Of a DNA stretch of 15,646 nt, positions 1 through 7,916 are shown in pieces. Under the pieces are notes generated by a model that did no database searches, had not been told where the DNA came from, and worked only from the letters and a program-made list of their open reading frames with translations. Position numbers and translations under genes: made by a program. The DNA is from Pseudothermotoga sp. GTDB taxonomy: Bacteria; Thermotogota; Thermotogae; Thermotogales; DSM-5069. Where the stretch lies: NCBI GenBank assembly GCA_041640575.1, contig JBEPZZ010000014.1, positions 1 through 15,646 on the forward strand, read 5' to 3'. Within the stretch, counting starts at the first letter, position 1, and each line of letters begins with the position of its first letter.

Positions 1-3000
1 CTGAACACCGAAAAGTGTGAGTACGTAGGAACCGTAAGCACTTGGATTTTCAAGAAGGTATTCTATCGCTTTCGTTAAAACGGATTCAGCGATGTAATAA
101 CCTGCTTTGATTGCATAGTAAAAGCCTTCCATTACGTAACAGGTCATGAAATTATTTGTTTGATCAAACTGCCACCAACCCCATCCACCGTCGCTATGCT
201 GATACTTGTAAAGACTCATCAACCCTTTATAAACGATTTCATCAAGATTTTCTGTCTTTAGGTTCATCTGTGCAGCAACCACAGCTGGTAAAAAGCTGCT
301 CATTGTTTGTTCTGTACACCCATATGGAAAACTGATGAGCTTTTTTATCGAGCTTTCCAACAGTGGAATTACACTAGAATAAGTTCTGAGTCTTGCAGAT
401 ACGTACTCGGCATCTGGTAAGTCAACTATCATTTTTCCATCCAGAGCTTCCAGAATGTAGAATTCTCTTTCGAAAGCAAATGGTTTGACCGGAATTCTCA
501 ATGCTACAGCATCTTTCTTTATTTGAGACTGAGCGAAGGTTATGATTTTTGATTCATCCGATGATTTCATAGCCTGTACAGTCCATCTTTGGGTTACAGA
601 TCGATATGGCTCAACTGTGTGAACTATAGGAGTTTTTGTTTCGAATGATTCTTGCACATGAAAATCTTCTTCTTCCCAGACTATATCTATTTCTTCAGTT
701 GGTTCAATCCAAATGTTTGTTTCCAAAGTTTCGTTTGTTCTATTATGAACAGTTGCGGAGATCTGGACAATATCATTTTCTCTCAGGAATGCTGGTAAGT
801 GAGGTATCACGTAAAAGTCCTTAGTGACGATAAATTTACCTTGAGCTTGTACGAAACTGTCTTTTGAGAAGCCGTATGCTGTGGCCACGAACGAAGTTAA
901 GCTGTCTGGAACCTTAAAAATTATTTTTGCGACACCATTTGTCGTTTGCAAGTTTGGTATCCATATGGCAGTATCTGGAAAATATTCTCTAACACTTGTT
1001 CGTATATCAACAGCTTTACTTTTGAAATCCTCAAAGACCGTTTGACGTGCTAGAATTTCTGCAAGACGTAATCTGTCAAGAGAATAATCCACCGCCAGAT
1101 GGAACCATTCTGATGAAAAGGACCAATCAATTTCTGGATATTCATTAAGTGGATAGATTGATTGCTCAAGAGACTTAGGTTTTTGCCCTAACATGATGTA
1201 TATTGCCTCATCAACAATTGTCAAGCAGAGATGAAAGTCACCCGGTGTTTTGACTGTTAATAGGCATTCTTCTGCAGGTTCATAGACTTGCTTATCAAAA
1301 TGAATTTCTGCATCACTGACGTTGAGTTTTTGCGACAGTTTCAGGTTTATAACTCTTTGAACTTGCTTATTCTCCACAAAACCTGTACAAATTAGAAAGA
1401 TTTGTCTTTCAGACAGGTTATCTGGTATGGTTAGTTCGAATTTCGAGAAATCCTCGCTAGAGAAAACCTTGAAATCGTGAATCCTATCAGTAGCAAGCAC
1501 TGCAATTCCTGTCGCTTTATTAGGTGTAAAAAGTTGTATAACAACTTTCTCTCCTGGTAAATATTCGTTTTTATCTGTGACGATTTGAAAGTCGCTAACA
1601 GGATAACCTCTCCAAAAACCATAGCTGTAAACGTAAACGTATGCTTTGGCTTTTTGGAAAGTAAATTCTAATTTGTAGGTTCTAATCTCTTTTGGTGTGA
1701 ATTCAAAGTTTCCCTCACCTTGGATTATTTCTACAGGAAAAATTTCATCATCAATTTTGACTTTTGCAATTCCTTCAACTGCTTGTCCTTCTAGATCCGT
1801 TAATCTTACCTTTATCTTCATTTTTTCCCCTGGTTTTGCCCAAAGGTGATTTTCGTCAAAAGTGATTAGAAAGCGATCTGCGTGCACGTACACTTTCTTT
1901 TCTTCTTCAATTTGCCTTTGACTTTCATCTGAAGCGATTGCTTGGATAACGTAGTGACCTTCGAAACCTTCGTCTGTAGCAACCGAAAGATTCAGTTCAC
2001 CATTTTCGTCTGTGTATTCGTATCCTCTAAAAACAAGGCTGCTGTAGTAGTAATCTGGTTGAGCATAGACATACACTGCCACGTTTGCTCCAATAACTGG
2101 GTTATCATTTAAGTACTTGACTTTCACTGTGATGTTGATTTTTTCATTAGAGATATATTCGTCCTTGTCAGTTATGATCTCAATTTTATATTCAGGCTTT
2201 CTATACTCTTCGACGAGAAAATTTTCGTAGAAAATTTGGCCATCCCATGACACTTCAATGTAGTAACTTCCAATTGCCGCCGTCTCAGCTAACTGAAAAC
2301 TATCCCAGAAACTTCCAAACTCGTTCGTTTCCACAACTTTTTGATACAGTTCATTGTGCTTTGGATCTTTTATAAGGATGCTTATTTTATTTGATTCTGC
2401 AATTTTGTAGAGCTCATCATGTTTTTCAACCAGTTGAATTCTAAAATGAACAGTGTCCGATGGTTTGTAGATTGGCCTATCGGTGATGATGAATACCTTT
2501 CTGTCATGTGAACCTATTTCTCTCCACCTATAAACTGTGCAAATCGTATAGGATTTGCCACTTTTTACCACAACAAGATCAGAACTTTTGTCGATTATGG
2601 CCAAACCTTCAGCGTTGGTTTTCATCTCACCTACAAGTTTAGAACGCTTAAAAAAGCTAACTTCTGCGTCAAAGACAGCGTTACTTAGTTTGTCGAAAAC
2701 CTGCACTATTGACTTGGTGTCGTCTACATACAAAGTTGCGGCGATTTCTGTGATGACAAATATTCCAAAATCAAGGAGTGTTCTTTGAACTTTCGAGCTG
2801 TCATATAGGTACGCTGCATAAACACCAGGCTTATTTACTGTCAAGGAGAATTCTTGCCAGTTTTGTTGAACATTAAAAATTTTGCTTACAACTCTTTTGC
2901 CAAGGTTTTGGTTGATCAGATCTGATGGTATTTGTTGCTGTAACTGGTACTTGATAAGTTCCACCAAATCCATTTTCAACTCGTACATTTCCAGTTTTAC

Positions 3001-3135
3001 TTGTTTTACTTCACCTACCGCAAAGCGAATTTGCCAGTCAGGATATTGCAAAATATTTGGTCCTGAGAAATAGGCGTATGAACCAAAGATGAGCGAAATA
3101 GTAAAACAAATCAATGTCACGAGTGATCTTCTCAT
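1..3135 (-). CDS. Bacterial alpha-2-macroglobulin family protein, thioester-containing (5' ~1045 codons; continues past the left edge)
   Basis: Hand translation: the frame is open from ATG 3135 to position 1. N-terminal signal-like MRRSLVTLICFTISLIFG. A2M motifs: ITDRPIYKPSDTV (~2450-2487), FLVEEYRKPEY, TIVDEAIY, VREYFPDTAIW, thioester FPYGCTEQTMS (CTEQ at 307-318), YQHSDGGWGWW. RBS AAGGGG upstream; ATGA overlap with the pcm stop. Not in the ORF track, presumably because it has no stop in the window. Confidence 0.95.
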   Translation of the reverse strand, partial: MRRSLVTLICFTISLIFGSYAYFSGPNILQYPDWQIRFAVGEVKQVKLEMYELKMDLVELIKYQLQQQIPSDLINQNLGKRVVSKIFNVQQNWQEFSLTVNKPGVYAAYLYDSSKVQRTLLDFGIFVITEIAATLYVDDTKSIVQVFDKLSNAVFDAEVSFFKRSKLVGEMKTNAEGLAIIDKSSDLVVVKSGKSYTICTVYRWREIGSHDRKVFIITDRPIYKPSDTVHFRIQLVEKHDELYKIAESNKISILIKDPKHNELYQKVVETNEFGSFWDSFQLAETAAIGSYYIEVSWDGQIFYENFLVEEYRKPEYKIEIITDKDEYISNEKINITVKVKYLNDNPVIGANVAVYVYAQPDYYYSSLVFRGYEYTDENGELNLSVATDEGFEGHYVIQAIASDESQRQIEEEKKVYVHADRFLITFDENHLWAKPGEKMKIKVRLTDLEGQAVEGIAKVKIDDEIFPVEIIQGEGNFEFTPKEIRTYKLEFTFQKAKAYVYVYSYGFWRGYPVSDFQIVTDKNEYLPGEKVVIQLFTPNKATGIAVLATDRIHDFKVFSSEDFSKFELTIPDNLSERQIFLICTGFVENKQVQRVINLKLSQKLNVSDAEIHFDKQVYEPAEECLLTVKTPGDFHLCLTIVDEAIYIMLGQKPKSLEQSIYPLNEYPEIDWSFSSEWFHLAVDYSLDRLRLAEILARQTVFEDFKSKAVDIRTSVREYFPDTAIWIPNLQTTNGVAKIIFKVPDSLTSFVATAYGFSKDSFVQAQGKFIVTKDFYVIPHLPAFLRENDIVQISATVHNRTNETLETNIWIEPTEEIDIVWEEEDFHVQESFETKTPIVHTVEPYRSVTQRWTVQAMKSSDESKIITFAQSQIKKDAVALRIPVKPFAFEREFYILEALDGKMIVDLPDAEYVSARLRTYSSVIPLLESSIKKLISFPYGCTEQTMSSFLPAVVAAQMNLKTENLDEIVYKGLMSLYKYQHSDGGWGWWQFDQTNNFMTCYVMEGFYYAIKAGYYIAESVLTKAIEYLLENPSAYGSYVLTLFGVQ

Positions 3136-4124
3136 AATTCGTTCCCCTTTCTTATTTGGAGCTGCTTAAACTTAAAAGTTTCGTCATAAATTATCTTTAT
3201 GTCTCTAAGCGAAGGATATTCGAGTATTTTCCAGCTTTCAAGAACTTTTTCGAGGTCTTTCACTTCACCAAAAGTTATTAAGTTGTGGCTTAGTATTGCA
3301 TAACCAGACTCTTCGACGTGGTATATCTTTCCGTATTCCTCGCAAAGCGACCAGAGAGAAATATGCAATATTCTCAAAAGTTCATGGGAAAAATACAAAT
3401 GATACTCTCGTTCAATTAAATGCTTTTTTCTCAGCTCGTTCAGTTTTGCAATGTTTATATCGTTCAAAGCTCCAAGTTTTCCCTTTGCTTTCAGGAATCT
3501 TGTCTCGACGACTTCTTGACATAAGATTTCATTTGTTTTTTTGACAAACACAACAGCTGGTTGGCTATCAACTGTGTATATGTCAATTGGCGCAACTATT
3601 CTCCCATCTTCTTCCAATTGATTCAACCACTGATTTGGGATTCTATCTACGGCAACTGTTACGATTATTGCATTGAATGGCGCATATTCTGAAACCCCGT
3701 CGAAACCGTCTTTGTTCAAGAAGATGACGTTCTTTATCCCAAGTCTCTCTACGTTTCTTATAGCAAGGTCACAGAATTTCTTGTTGAGCTCCGTACCAAC
3801 GACAAGTCCGTCTTCTGCAACAATTTCTGCCATTACACAAGCATTATAGCCAGTGCCTGAACCAATTTCGAGAACCTTCATTCCAGATTTCAAGCAACCA
3901 GCTTGCATAAACAATGCCATCAAAGATGGTTGACTGGAAGTGGTGTAATCGTTTCCGTCACGAGCAGTAATAAGAACTGTGTCAGAGTAAATCTCTGCAA
4001 GGTCATACTGATATTCACAGAAGATTTCTCTTGGGACTCTTAAGAAGGCTTTTAGAATTTGCTCGCTGTACTTTCCCGATAAAGAAATCTCCCTCAAAAA
4101 CCGTTCTTTCCAAAAAGTTTCCAT
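3132..4124 (-). CDS. pcm: Protein-L-isoaspartate O-methyltransferase with C-terminal extension
   Basis: Motifs VPREIF, TSSQP, SAM-binding VLEIGSGTGYNA, DG..G..EYAPFNAIIVT, QLEEDGRIVAP. RBS AAGGTG 5 nt before ATG. 330 aa, consistent with the two-domain Thermotoga PIMT. Confidence 0.93.
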   Translation of the reverse strand: METFWKERFLREISLSGKYSEQILKAFLRVPREIFCEYQYDLAEIYSDTVLITARDGNDYTTSSQPSLMALFMQAGCLKSGMKVLEIGSGTGYNACVMAEIVAEDGLVVGTELNKKFCDLAIRNVERLGIKNVIFLNKDGFDGVSEYAPFNAIIVTVAVDRIPNQWLNQLEEDGRIVAPIDIYTVDSQPAVVFVKKTNEILCQEVVETRFLKAKGKLGALNDINIAKLNELRKKHLIEREYHLYFSHELLRILHISLWSLCEEYGKIYHVEESGYAILSHNLITFGEVKDLEKVLESWKILEYPSLRDIKIIYDETFKFKQLQIRKGNEL

Positions 4125-4177
4125 TGTTTCACCTTGGTTTTAAAATATTATAAACCATATCGACGAATATAGATTGC

Positions 4178-4223
4178 AAAAGAAAAAACTCGGCACACAT
4201 ATCTTTCAAGTGTGCCGAGTTTT
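4178..4223 (-). terminator. Rho-independent terminator downstream of the aldo/keto reductase
   Basis: Perfect 14-bp inverted repeat aaaactcggcacac (4185-4198) / gtgtgccgagtttt (4210-4223) with an 11-nt loop. On the minus strand the stem runs into TTTTTTCTTTT. Confidence 0.88.
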
Positions 4224-4279
4224 CAACAGCAGCTTTTATTGGTCAGTTTTTAAAATCAAATAGCACGGTTAAAAGTGCT

Positions 4280-5239
4280 TTACTGCAAAAGAATTTCTTC
4301 TATCTGCCGCATCACGTCTTCCGTGAGTTTTTGTTTTACTTCCGCCGCTTTTATGTTTTCCTCAAACTGTTCCAACTTTGAAACGCCTAGAATAACACTC
4401 GAAACTCTTGGATTTTTCAAACACCAAGCAATAGAAAGTTGCGATAAACTACACTCAAGTTGGTTAGCAACTTCTTGGAGCTTTTCCAATTTTGTAAAAG
4501 TCTTTTCTGAGAGTATACCGCGTTCTTGCATCCATTTTCTTATCGTTTCAAATCGTCCAAGCCTTGAGTCCGCTGGAATACCTTTGTTGTACTTTCCAGA
4601 CAGGACACCTGAAGCTAGCGGGCTAAAAGTTGTCAAGCCCATTCCATATTTCTCATAGAGTGGTTGATACTCTTTCTCAACTCTTTCCCTTACCAATAAG
4701 TTGTACTGAGGTTGTTCAACAACAGGTGGAATACAATTGTATCTTTCCGCAACTTTATGAGCTTGTTCGATTTGCTCGGCGCTCCACTCGCTGGTGCCCC
4801 AATAAAGAGCAAGCCCACTTCTCACAATTTGATCCATAGTCCAGACTATTTCTTCCATAGGAACCTCAGGATCTGGTCTGTGACAATAAAGCAAATCAAC
4901 GTAATCAAGCTGAAGACGCTTCAAGCTGGCCCAGGTGCCTTCAAGAAGATGCTTTCTTGAAAGTCCCTTTTCGTTTGGTCCTGTGCCGCCCCAGAAGATC
5001 TTGGTGGAAATAACCCAGTCAGAACGTTTATAGTACTTTAGGATCTCACCAAGCATGGATTCAGCCATTCCTGAAGCATATGCTTCAGCACAATCGATAA
5101 AATTGATCCCATTTTCGAAAGCCTTCTTTACGATTGACTTTGCATTTTCAAGATCCAGTTGATTAGCAAAGGTTACCCAAGTGCCAAGCGAAAGCTCACT
5201 GACTCTCAAACCCCATTTTCCTACCTTTCTGTACTCCAT
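4280..5239 (-). CDS. Aldo/keto reductase (Kv-beta/AKR6-like subfamily)
   Basis: YRKVGKWGLRVSELSLGTWVTF, catalytic tetrad in DCAEAY / STK / YCHRPD, YWGTSEW, EQPQYNL, FSPLASGVLSGKY. RBS GAGGAGGTG 5 nt before ATG. Confidence 0.93.
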   Translation of the reverse strand: MEYRKVGKWGLRVSELSLGTWVTFANQLDLENAKSIVKKAFENGINFIDCAEAYASGMAESMLGEILKYYKRSDWVISTKIFWGGTGPNEKGLSRKHLLEGTWASLKRLQLDYVDLLYCHRPDPEVPMEEIVWTMDQIVRSGLALYWGTSEWSAEQIEQAHKVAERYNCIPPVVEQPQYNLLVRERVEKEYQPLYEKYGMGLTTFSPLASGVLSGKYNKGIPADSRLGRFETIRKWMQERGILSEKTFTKLEKLQEVANQLECSLSQLSIAWCLKNPRVSSVILGVSKLEQFEENIKAAEVKQKLTEDVMRQIEEILLQ

Positions 5240-5374
5240 GGTAGCACCTCCTCTTGTTCGCTATACTAATCTTATCACATAATCTGGACATATATTCTCG
5301 AAAATTCCATTTGCGAAATCGTGTAAAATGGTAAATAGAAATGTCAAGTACAGTCGCTCTTGGAGGTGCTCAAA

Positions 5375-5917
5375 CTGATCGACATATTGTACTGGTTCAT
5401 GTTCTTTGGTACACTTGCAACAATTGCATTTGCATGGGGAATCTTTCTAGCAAGTCTGAATAGACCATCACCAGACGAAAAGGAATACGAGCAATTTGAG
5501 AATCGGATGCTTGAATTGATGGGACAATTCAGGCACATTTCTGCTACTCGAATGCAAATGCTTGATAAAAAAATAGAAGAGATGAGAAAACTGATACAAC
5601 AAGCAAACGACTTATATGCCGCTTTATGTTCTCAAGAGGCAGTTGTTCTTGAGAAAACTATGGTCAAGGAAGATGAAAAAATTTCCACCAAAGAGCAGCT
5701 GCAGATTGAAACAAACCACGGTTTGGGGCACCAATCTAGCGGAAATGCTTTGGAAGTTCAAAATGAAAAAACTCAGCAAGATTCACTTGAAAGAAAAATC
5801 TTATTGCTTTACCAAGAAGGAAAGAGTGAGTCACAAATAGCGAAAGAACTTGGTGTTGGTATTGGCGAAGTAATGCTTATTTTGTCTCTTTTCCGTTTTC
5901 GAACAGACCTTCACTGA
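5375..5917 (+). CDS. Membrane-anchored coiled-coil protein with C-terminal HTH-like motif (DUF6115/SwrB-like); start uncertain (TTG 5360 or CTG 5375)
   Basis: N-terminal TM (ILYWFMFFGTLATIAFAWGIFLASL), heptad-like central region, low-complexity linker, C-terminal GKSESQIAKELGVGIGEVMLILSL. The RBS GGAGGTG (5362-5368) lies inside the track's ORF, 6 nt before an in-frame CTG. Family assignment is by recalled resemblance only. Confidence 0.75.
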   Translation: MIDILYWFMFFGTLATIAFAWGIFLASLNRPSPDEKEYEQFENRMLELMGQFRHISATRMQMLDKKIEEMRKLIQQANDLYAALCSQEAVVLEKTMVKEDEKISTKEQLQIETNHGLGHQSSGNALEVQNEKTQQDSLERKILLLYQEGKSESQIAKELGVGIGEVMLILSLFRFRTDLH

Positions 5918-7130
5918 TGACTTTAATCAATGCTGTTGCAACCGTTGGATCTAATACAGTTCCTGCCATCTCTTGTATGAGCTTTAGAGCATCATCGCGT
6001 GTGTAAGCTTTCCGATACGGCCTGTCACTTGTCAAAGCTTCGTAGATATCAGCTGCTGCAATTATCCTGGATTCAAGAGGGATCTTATCTGTCATCAAAC
6101 CGTCTGGATATCCATTACCATCCCATTGCTCATGATGATACCTGACCCATCTGGCTTCTTTGTTTTTGAACTTTGCCACAGTTTTCAACAATTCCTCGGA
6201 CTTGATTGGATGGGTCTTTATGATTTGAAATTCTTCACTAGTCAGCTTGTCAGGTTTGTTGAGAATGTAGTCTGGTATACCTATTTTTCCAACATCATGA
6301 AGCAAGCAAGCATCTTTGATTCTCTCACAAGAACTTTCAGGAAGTCCTAATTTTTTTGCTATTTGATATGACAGCATCGCCGCACGTTCGCTGTGACCAC
6401 TTGTATAGTAATCTTTCATTTCCAAACTTTTGACAAGCAGTTTTAAATTCTCAAATCTTGATTGTACATACTCCGTTCTGAAAAAATTGCCAAGTTGCAC
6501 CGCAAGAAAAATGATAAATACAAGTGGTATTGCTTTAAGTTCAAGAAAATAATACAGAACGTAAGTCGAAAGGATCACTGGAATTATCATTACTGTACCA
6601 GTCAAAGGGCCTTTCAAACTGACAGAAAAGCTTTTGGTAAGCGTTTGATTGGCAATTAACGTATAACCAATGGAAATAAATACTGTGTTCAGTACTATGT
6701 ATAAACCTGAAACCAGAAGAACAAACCATATATCAAGATAGGACTTACCTATAGATAAACTTTGAAACAAAAGTGCAGCAAGGCCTGCAGATAAACCTAT
6801 TTGAGAAGCGTTGAACAAATATTTCAAAGGATCTCGACTTCTTACTAAGACCAGTCCAGAGAAAACGACAGCAGAAATTGCTACAAGCATTGTTTGACTA
6901 ACGGGTAAAAAACAAGCTGCGAGAACATCAGCTATTATTCCACCAGTCAATCTTACCTTGTGCTTTGAGAAAGCAAAAATTGAAAAACCTACAATTTCAA
7001 AACCAAGCCCCATCAGAAGGAAAGAAAAAAATTTCAGATCGAACTTTCCAACATTAGGAAGGTTGAGGAAGAAAAACAAAAGAAATAAAACAAAAAGTAC
7101 AATCACATAGATTGCAAACTCCTTTTTCAT
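5877..7130 (-). CDS. HD-GYP domain c-di-GMP phosphodiesterase with N-terminal multi-pass membrane sensor (MASE9-like)
   Basis: The first ~215 aa hold about 7-8 hydrophobic segments, including KYLFNASQIGLSAGLA. The C-terminal domain has LEMKDYYTSGHSER, LLHDVGKIGIP, HP, HHEQWDGNGYPDGL and ADIYEALTSDRPYRK. RBS GGAGAGG upstream. Confidence 0.93.
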   Translation of the reverse strand: MKKEFAIYVIVLFVLFLLFFFLNLPNVGKFDLKFFSFLLMGLGFEIVGFSIFAFSKHKVRLTGGIIADVLAACFLPVSQTMLVAISAVVFSGLVLVRSRDPLKYLFNASQIGLSAGLAALLFQSLSIGKSYLDIWFVLLVSGLYIVLNTVFISIGYTLIANQTLTKSFSVSLKGPLTGTVMIIPVILSTYVLYYFLELKAIPLVFIIFLAVQLGNFFRTEYVQSRFENLKLLVKSLEMKDYYTSGHSERAAMLSYQIAKKLGLPESSCERIKDACLLHDVGKIGIPDYILNKPDKLTSEEFQIIKTHPIKSEELLKTVAKFKNKEARWVRYHHEQWDGNGYPDGLMTDKIPLESRIIAAADIYEALTSDRPYRKAYTRDDALKLIQEMAGTVLDPTVATALIKVISEGLFENGKETK

Positions 7131-7150
7131 CTCTATCCTCTCCGCTCTTT

Positions 7151-7344
7151 TGCCGGGGCGTTACCTGCTTACCAAAGTTCTATGTGAGCAACAGCGGAGA
7201 TCAAGAGAGTTAACAAGCTTGCTGCGATCAAGAAAACTTTCCACATTTTCTTCATTTTTATCCCCCCTCACGACTGTAATGACTGCTCCGCTGTTTTCAA
7301 CCTCCGCTATACATCGCTTCGCTCAATGAAATTACGCCCCGGCA
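7151..7344. repeat. Nested inverted repeats around the small ORF
   Basis: tgccggggcgt (7151-7161) / acgccccggca (7334-7344), 11 bp perfect. aacagcggag (7190-7199) / ctccgctgtt (7286-7295), 10 bp perfect. ctccgct also occurs at 7140-7146 and 7302-7308. Confidence 0.7.
7169..7255 (-). CDS. Unannotated 28-aa secreted-peptide precursor-like ORF MKKMWKVFLIAASLLTLLISAVAHIELW
   Basis: ATG 7255 to TAA 7169. Strong RBS GAGGGGGG (7262-7269) 6 nt upstream. Basic N-region, hydrophobic core, A-V-A motif, then 5 residues ending in Trp. Below the ORF-track length cutoff. Confidence 0.78.
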   Translation of the reverse strand: MKKMWKVFLIAASLLTLLISAVAHIELW

Positions 7345-7916
7345 TTGGAAAGACAATCTTCTAACCGCTTAATCACTTCGCTTAAGCCAAACTTACTTAA
7401 TCCTGAATACAGCAAGACTTCTCTACCGAACTCGTTGTAAAATCTTTCTCGAATCAAATTGGTTTTAGATTTACTAACTTTATCGATTTTGCTTGCGACA
7501 ATTATAACATTGAAATTAAAATAATCGCACCATTCAATAAAAAGTTTATCACTTTCTTGCGGTTCTTGTCTACTATCAACGATCAATACGCTGGCTTTTA
7601 TGTAATCTCGCCTGCTTTGAAAATATGTCTCTATTAAATCTTTCCAGCGTTTTCTTTCTTCTTTTGATCTCAGTGCAAAACCATAGCCTGGTAAATCTAC
7701 AAAATAGTATTTTCCGTTAACTACATAAAAGTTTATTGCCCGAGTTTTTCCTGGCTTCTTACTAACATAGGCCAGTTTCTTATTAAAAATATTGTTCAAT
7801 AGCGTTGATTTTCCAACATTGGAACGACCTGCAAAGCAAATTTCACCATTCAAAGGCTCTGGAAAGTCATTCGGAGAATAACAGCTGATGAGAAATTCAG
7901 CCGTTCTTACAAACAT
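7332..7916 (-). CDS. engB: Ribosome biogenesis GTP-binding protein YihA/YsxC (EngB)
   Basis: G1 [12 protein letters not shown]2 [13 protein letters not shown]3 DLPGYG, G4 SKIDK. Lies directly after lon (10-nt overlap), the known lon-ysxC arrangement. Confidence 0.96.
   Translation of the reverse strand: MFVRTAEFLISCYSPNDFPEPLNGEICFAGRSNVGKSTLLNNIFNKKLAYVSKKPGKTRAINFYVVNGKYYFVDLPGYGFALRSKEERKRWKDLIETYFQSRRDYIKASVLIVDSRQEPQESDKLFIEWCDYFNFNVIIVASKIDKVSKSKTNLIRERFYNEFGREVLLYSGLSKFGLSEVIKRLEDCLSNAGA

Noticed and set aside
636..3073. Short ORFs 636-824, 1431-1622, 2555-2788 and 2882-3073 in an apparently gene-free region
   Set aside because: All are shadows of the continuous minus-strand A2M frame, which the track omitted.
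3132..3480. Extra C-terminal domain on PIMT
   Set aside because: Already known from the T. maritima PIMT structure; not novel.
4147..4179. Possible pcm promoter TTGCAA...TATAAT on the minus strand
   Set aside because: The spacer is 21 nt, so only the -10 is supportable.
7169..7255. Small ORF as a Trp attenuator leader, AgrD-like or RiPP precursor, or type I toxin
   Set aside because: No tandem Trp codons, U-tailed terminator or trp genes; no AgrB or modifying enzyme in the window. A type I toxin is not excluded, but there is no evident antisense RNA and the A-x-A plus short tail fits a secreted precursor better.
7286..7335. AGCGGAG repeats as CsrA sites, or a sigma28 promoter before the peptide
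   Set aside because: The repeats do not match ANGGA, and the TAAA-N15-GCCGATAA spacing and sequence do not fit.
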